DNA of 64,000 nt from Cyanobacteriota bacterium (lineage in GTDB: Bacteria; Cyanobacteriota; Cyanobacteriia; Thermostichales; Thermostichaceae). This document shows positions 61,301 to 64,000 of the stretch, piece by piece. The position numbers and the translations under genes are program-made. Within the stretch, counting starts at the first letter, position 1, and every line of letters starts with the position of its first letter. Under the pieces are notes generated by a model. That model saw only the letters and a list, made by a program, of their open reading frames with translations, did not search any database and was not told where the DNA came from. The stretch is from positions 27,754 through 91,753 of the forward strand of contig JANRIL010000010.1 in the NCBI GenBank assembly GCA_033764955.1, read 5' to 3'.

Positions 61301-61351
61301 CTGGACTGTGTTTAGTGGACTGTGTTTAGTTTTTCAGGGAAGGGCTGTAAC

Positions 61352-62974
61352 TCAGAGCATTGGCAATCGCAGTTGGGAGGGGGTATCTCCTCCACAGGTG
61401 AGGGTGAGGGTGATCACCTGCGCCTCGATCAGGCGGGCTGTGGCGGGTGGGGATCCCGTGCCAGGATTGACCGGAAAGGCGGGAAAGCTGGTGGCACTAA
61501 TGCTCAAGCGCAGGGCACTTCCCGGCGGAATGGCTAGGCAAGTGGGTTGAAGGGGAATGCGGAGGGGTTGGGTGGGATCCCCTGGGTTGACACGCCGATA
61601 GCCCTGCGTAAAGTTCAAAACACTGGCTCCTTTTACCTCCGAAAGCACAACCGCGATGTCAAAGCTGGGGCTGTCTGCTGTTACATACAAATCCACCCAG
61701 GGATCCCCAGATAGGCGCATCGTCTGTTCAAATACTCCTGTGGTATAGGTTAAAACGTCGCTGCGATCATCGAGGCTCGACCGATCCATCGGTCCTGCAA
61801 ATCCCCCTAGACTGGGCACAGGTCGCCAGGGATCTGCCACCCAGCGATCGGCAGCAGCAGCAGCAGGAGCCTGTGGTTGTAGGGATCCCTCACTCACCGC
61901 CATCGCCGCTAAGCCAGAGGAGGCTAAATAGAGGGGAAAGGGGGAGGGTTGCGGCCATGCGGCGTATTCTCGCCATTGATTGCTGCCCATTTCAAACAGG
62001 CGGATGGGTTGGCTCTGGCTCAGGCCATTTTCGATTCCTTTCAAAAAGAAATCAAACCAGCGGATTTGCAGGCGGTCGATGGGATTGACGGCGGCTTCCC
62101 CAAAATCGACGGATCCCACCTTCCGTCCCCAGGGTAAGTGGGTCCAGGGGCCAACGATCAGATGTTGAGGGTGCTGACTGCGCTCGACCACATCACGAAA
62201 TAGATGGATAGTGCCGGTCAAATAGGGATCAAACCAGCCGCCAATATGTAGCATCGGCAGATCCACAGAGGCTAGGTGAGCATGGGGGGAAAGCTTTTGC
62301 CAGTAGGGATCCGTGGCCTCAGGATGAGCCAGCCAATCGTGATAGAAGGAATCGGCTGCTAGTTTTTTCAACAGTTTGGGACGCGCCGGAATGGGATCCG
62401 TCAGGGGGAGCTGCTGAGCCGCGCTCACGAGCTTTTGAAAGCGGGTTTCTTTTCCCTCTAGGCGGGCGGTTTCTGCTGCCAACTGAATCGCCCAACTTAG
62501 GTTGTTTTGCAGGCGAAAGGCTCCCCCCAGATAGGCCATATCCCCATAAAGGTCGTAGGCCATCATGGCAGGACAGAGGGTTTTGAGGGCGGGTGGGTGG
62601 GCGCTCGCGGCATAAAGCTGGGTCATGGCTTGATAGGAAAATCCATACATCCCCACCACTCCGCTACTGTTGGGCAAGCTAGCCGCCCATTGCACGCTGT
62701 CGTAGCCATCGCTGATTTCGTGGGCAAACAGGTCAAAGCATCCCTGAGAGGTTCCCCGTCCCCGCACATCCTGAATCACCACCAGATAGCCGTGCGCCGC
62801 ATACCAACTGGGATGGGCATAAACCACCGTCGAGGCAATCTTGCGTCCGTAGGGCTGGCGCATCAGCAAAACCGGAAAGGATCCCGGTGCATCAGGACGG
62901 TAGAGATCGGCATCCAGGCGGATCCCGTCACGGGTTGGCATCGATAGAGTTTGGGGGGGAGCTACAGCCAGCAT
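61352..62974 (-). CDS. CocE/NonD family hydrolase (peptidase S15)
   Basis: RDGIRLDADLYRP, QDVRGRG, GFSYQA nucleophile elbow, GGWFD and GPWTH. Confidence 0.92.
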   Translation of the reverse strand: MLAVAPPQTLSMPTRDGIRLDADLYRPDAPGSFPVLLMRQPYGRKIASTVVYAHPSWYAAHGYLVVIQDVRGRGTSQGCFDLFAHEISDGYDSVQWAASLPNSSGVVGMYGFSYQAMTQLYAASAHPPALKTLCPAMMAYDLYGDMAYLGGAFRLQNNLSWAIQLAAETARLEGKETRFQKLVSAAQQLPLTDPIPARPKLLKKLAADSFYHDWLAHPEATDPYWQKLSPHAHLASVDLPMLHIGGWFDPYLTGTIHLFRDVVERSQHPQHLIVGPWTHLPWGRKVGSVDFGEAAVNPIDRLQIRWFDFFLKGIENGLSQSQPIRLFEMGSNQWREYAAWPQPSPFPLYLASSGLAAMAVSEGSLQPQAPAAAAADRWVADPWRPVPSLGGFAGPMDRSSLDDRSDVLTYTTGVFEQTMRLSGDPWVDLYVTADSPSFDIAVVLSEVKGASVLNFTQGYRRVNPGDPTQPLRIPLQPTCLAIPPGSALRLSISATSFPAFPVNPGTGSPPATARLIEAQVITLTLTCGGDTPSQLRLPML

Positions 62975-63074
62975 GATGGAATCGGGATAATGGAATCGGG
63001 ATCCTTGAATGCGCCACCAACTGGGGGATCAAGGTTCAGCCACCAGCTTATTTTTACCCCTTCTGATGCCCGCC

Positions 63075-63863
63075 ATGCGTTACTTCAACCGAGTTTTGCT
63101 GAAAACCCCAGAGAGTATCGAGCTAGAGCTAACCCTAGCCGGAATTGGCAGCCGAGCCTTAGCCGTGATTATCGATGATTTGGTGATTGGTGGCCTATTG
63201 GTTTTTGTGATTTGGGGGACTGCCTTTTTGTTTTTGGGATCCCTCAACTTAGAGAGTCTCTTGGGGATTGAACAAACTCGTTTGGGTCAATGGTTGTTAG
63301 CCTTGCAGGGGCTACTCTCATTTTTTATTTATGTTGGCTATTTTGTGGTTTTTGAAACCCTTTGGCAGGGACAAACCCCCGGCAAACGCTATAGCCAGAT
63401 TCGCGTCATTCAAGATAACGGGCAGATGGTGGGGTTGCCGCAAGCGGTGTTGCGGGCTTTGATGCGACCGATTGATGAACTGTTTATGGTGGGGGTTCTG
63501 CTAATTACCCTGGGCAAACGGGAAAAACGGTTGGGGGACTGGCTGGCTGGCACGGTGGTGGTGCAAATGGAAAAACCAGAATCCACGCCCCTCCTCACAG
63601 TTTCATCAGCTAGTCAAGAGTTGGCCGAACAATGGCGGTTCACCACCGATTGGCACCGTCTCAAACCGGATGATTATGCCGTGATTCGAGAGTTTTTACA
63701 GCGCCGCCGCCACATGGATTCACAGGCGGTTCGTCAACTGGCTCAATCCCTGGCTCAGCCAGTCAGCCGCCGTCTGGGGCTAGATATCGGGTTGATGGAT
63801 CCCCAAATGGTCTTGGAGGCAGTGTATTGGGCCTATCAGGAGCAAAAGACGGAGAGATTGTGA
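63075..63863 (+). CDS. RDD family membrane protein
   Basis: TPESIEL.L.LAGIGSRALA..ID, GQTPGK and RLGDWLAGTVV. Confidence 0.9.
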   Translation: MRYFNRVLLKTPESIELELTLAGIGSRALAVIIDDLVIGGLLVFVIWGTAFLFLGSLNLESLLGIEQTRLGQWLLALQGLLSFFIYVGYFVVFETLWQGQTPGKRYSQIRVIQDNGQMVGLPQAVLRALMRPIDELFMVGVLLITLGKREKRLGDWLAGTVVVQMEKPESTPLLTVSSASQELAEQWRFTTDWHRLKPDDYAVIREFLQRRRHMDSQAVRQLAQSLAQPVSRRLGLDIGLMDPQMVLEAVYWAYQEQKTERL

Positions 63864-64000
63864 CGTACTCCCATCACCGATGCAAACATACGGTGTGGGC
63901 TTCTCCATCCTTTTCAGGACTTCGCGTTTTATAGTGAGGCGACGCCCAACCCCACTTGGAAACACCACAGCAAAAGTTGGTCGGCTAGTCCAAATTGTGC

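Noticed and set aside
63929..64000. Possible 3' end of a minus-strand CDS at the window edge
   Set aside because: Only 23 codons visible; cannot be identified.

Overview
Chromosomal DNA from a cyanobacterium. The palindrome GGGATCCC is highly iterated and canonical HIP1 (GCGATCGC) is rare, which points to the Thermostichus / hot-spring Synechococcus (OS-A/B'-like) lineage; this placement is an inference. Most of the window is housekeeping: hisD 3' end, hisS, coaD, sbcC, gcvT, accB, glyA, mscL, chlB, tRNA-Val(GAC), menB, CIRCE-groES-groEL, rimO and a TamB-like gene. The main accessory or unusual items are: (1) an AT-rich, integrase-less array of two integron-like gene cassettes with degenerate attC sites (about 4.6-6.0 kb); (2) a glutamate-cysteine-ligase-like / M14 peptidase / cupin operon with a structured, repeat-containing leader; (3) a cobN that stops at about 750 aa next to a GGGATCCC site; (4) a truncated DUF29 duplicate broken by a 94-bp TA-flanked MITE; (5) an orphan gvpV-like + CDC48-type AAA pair; (6) a c-di-AMP (ydaO) riboswitch ahead of an NrtA/CmpA-family ABC transporter; (7) an unannotated 46-aa acidic sORF. 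All family assignments come from motif recognition by eye; no searches were run.
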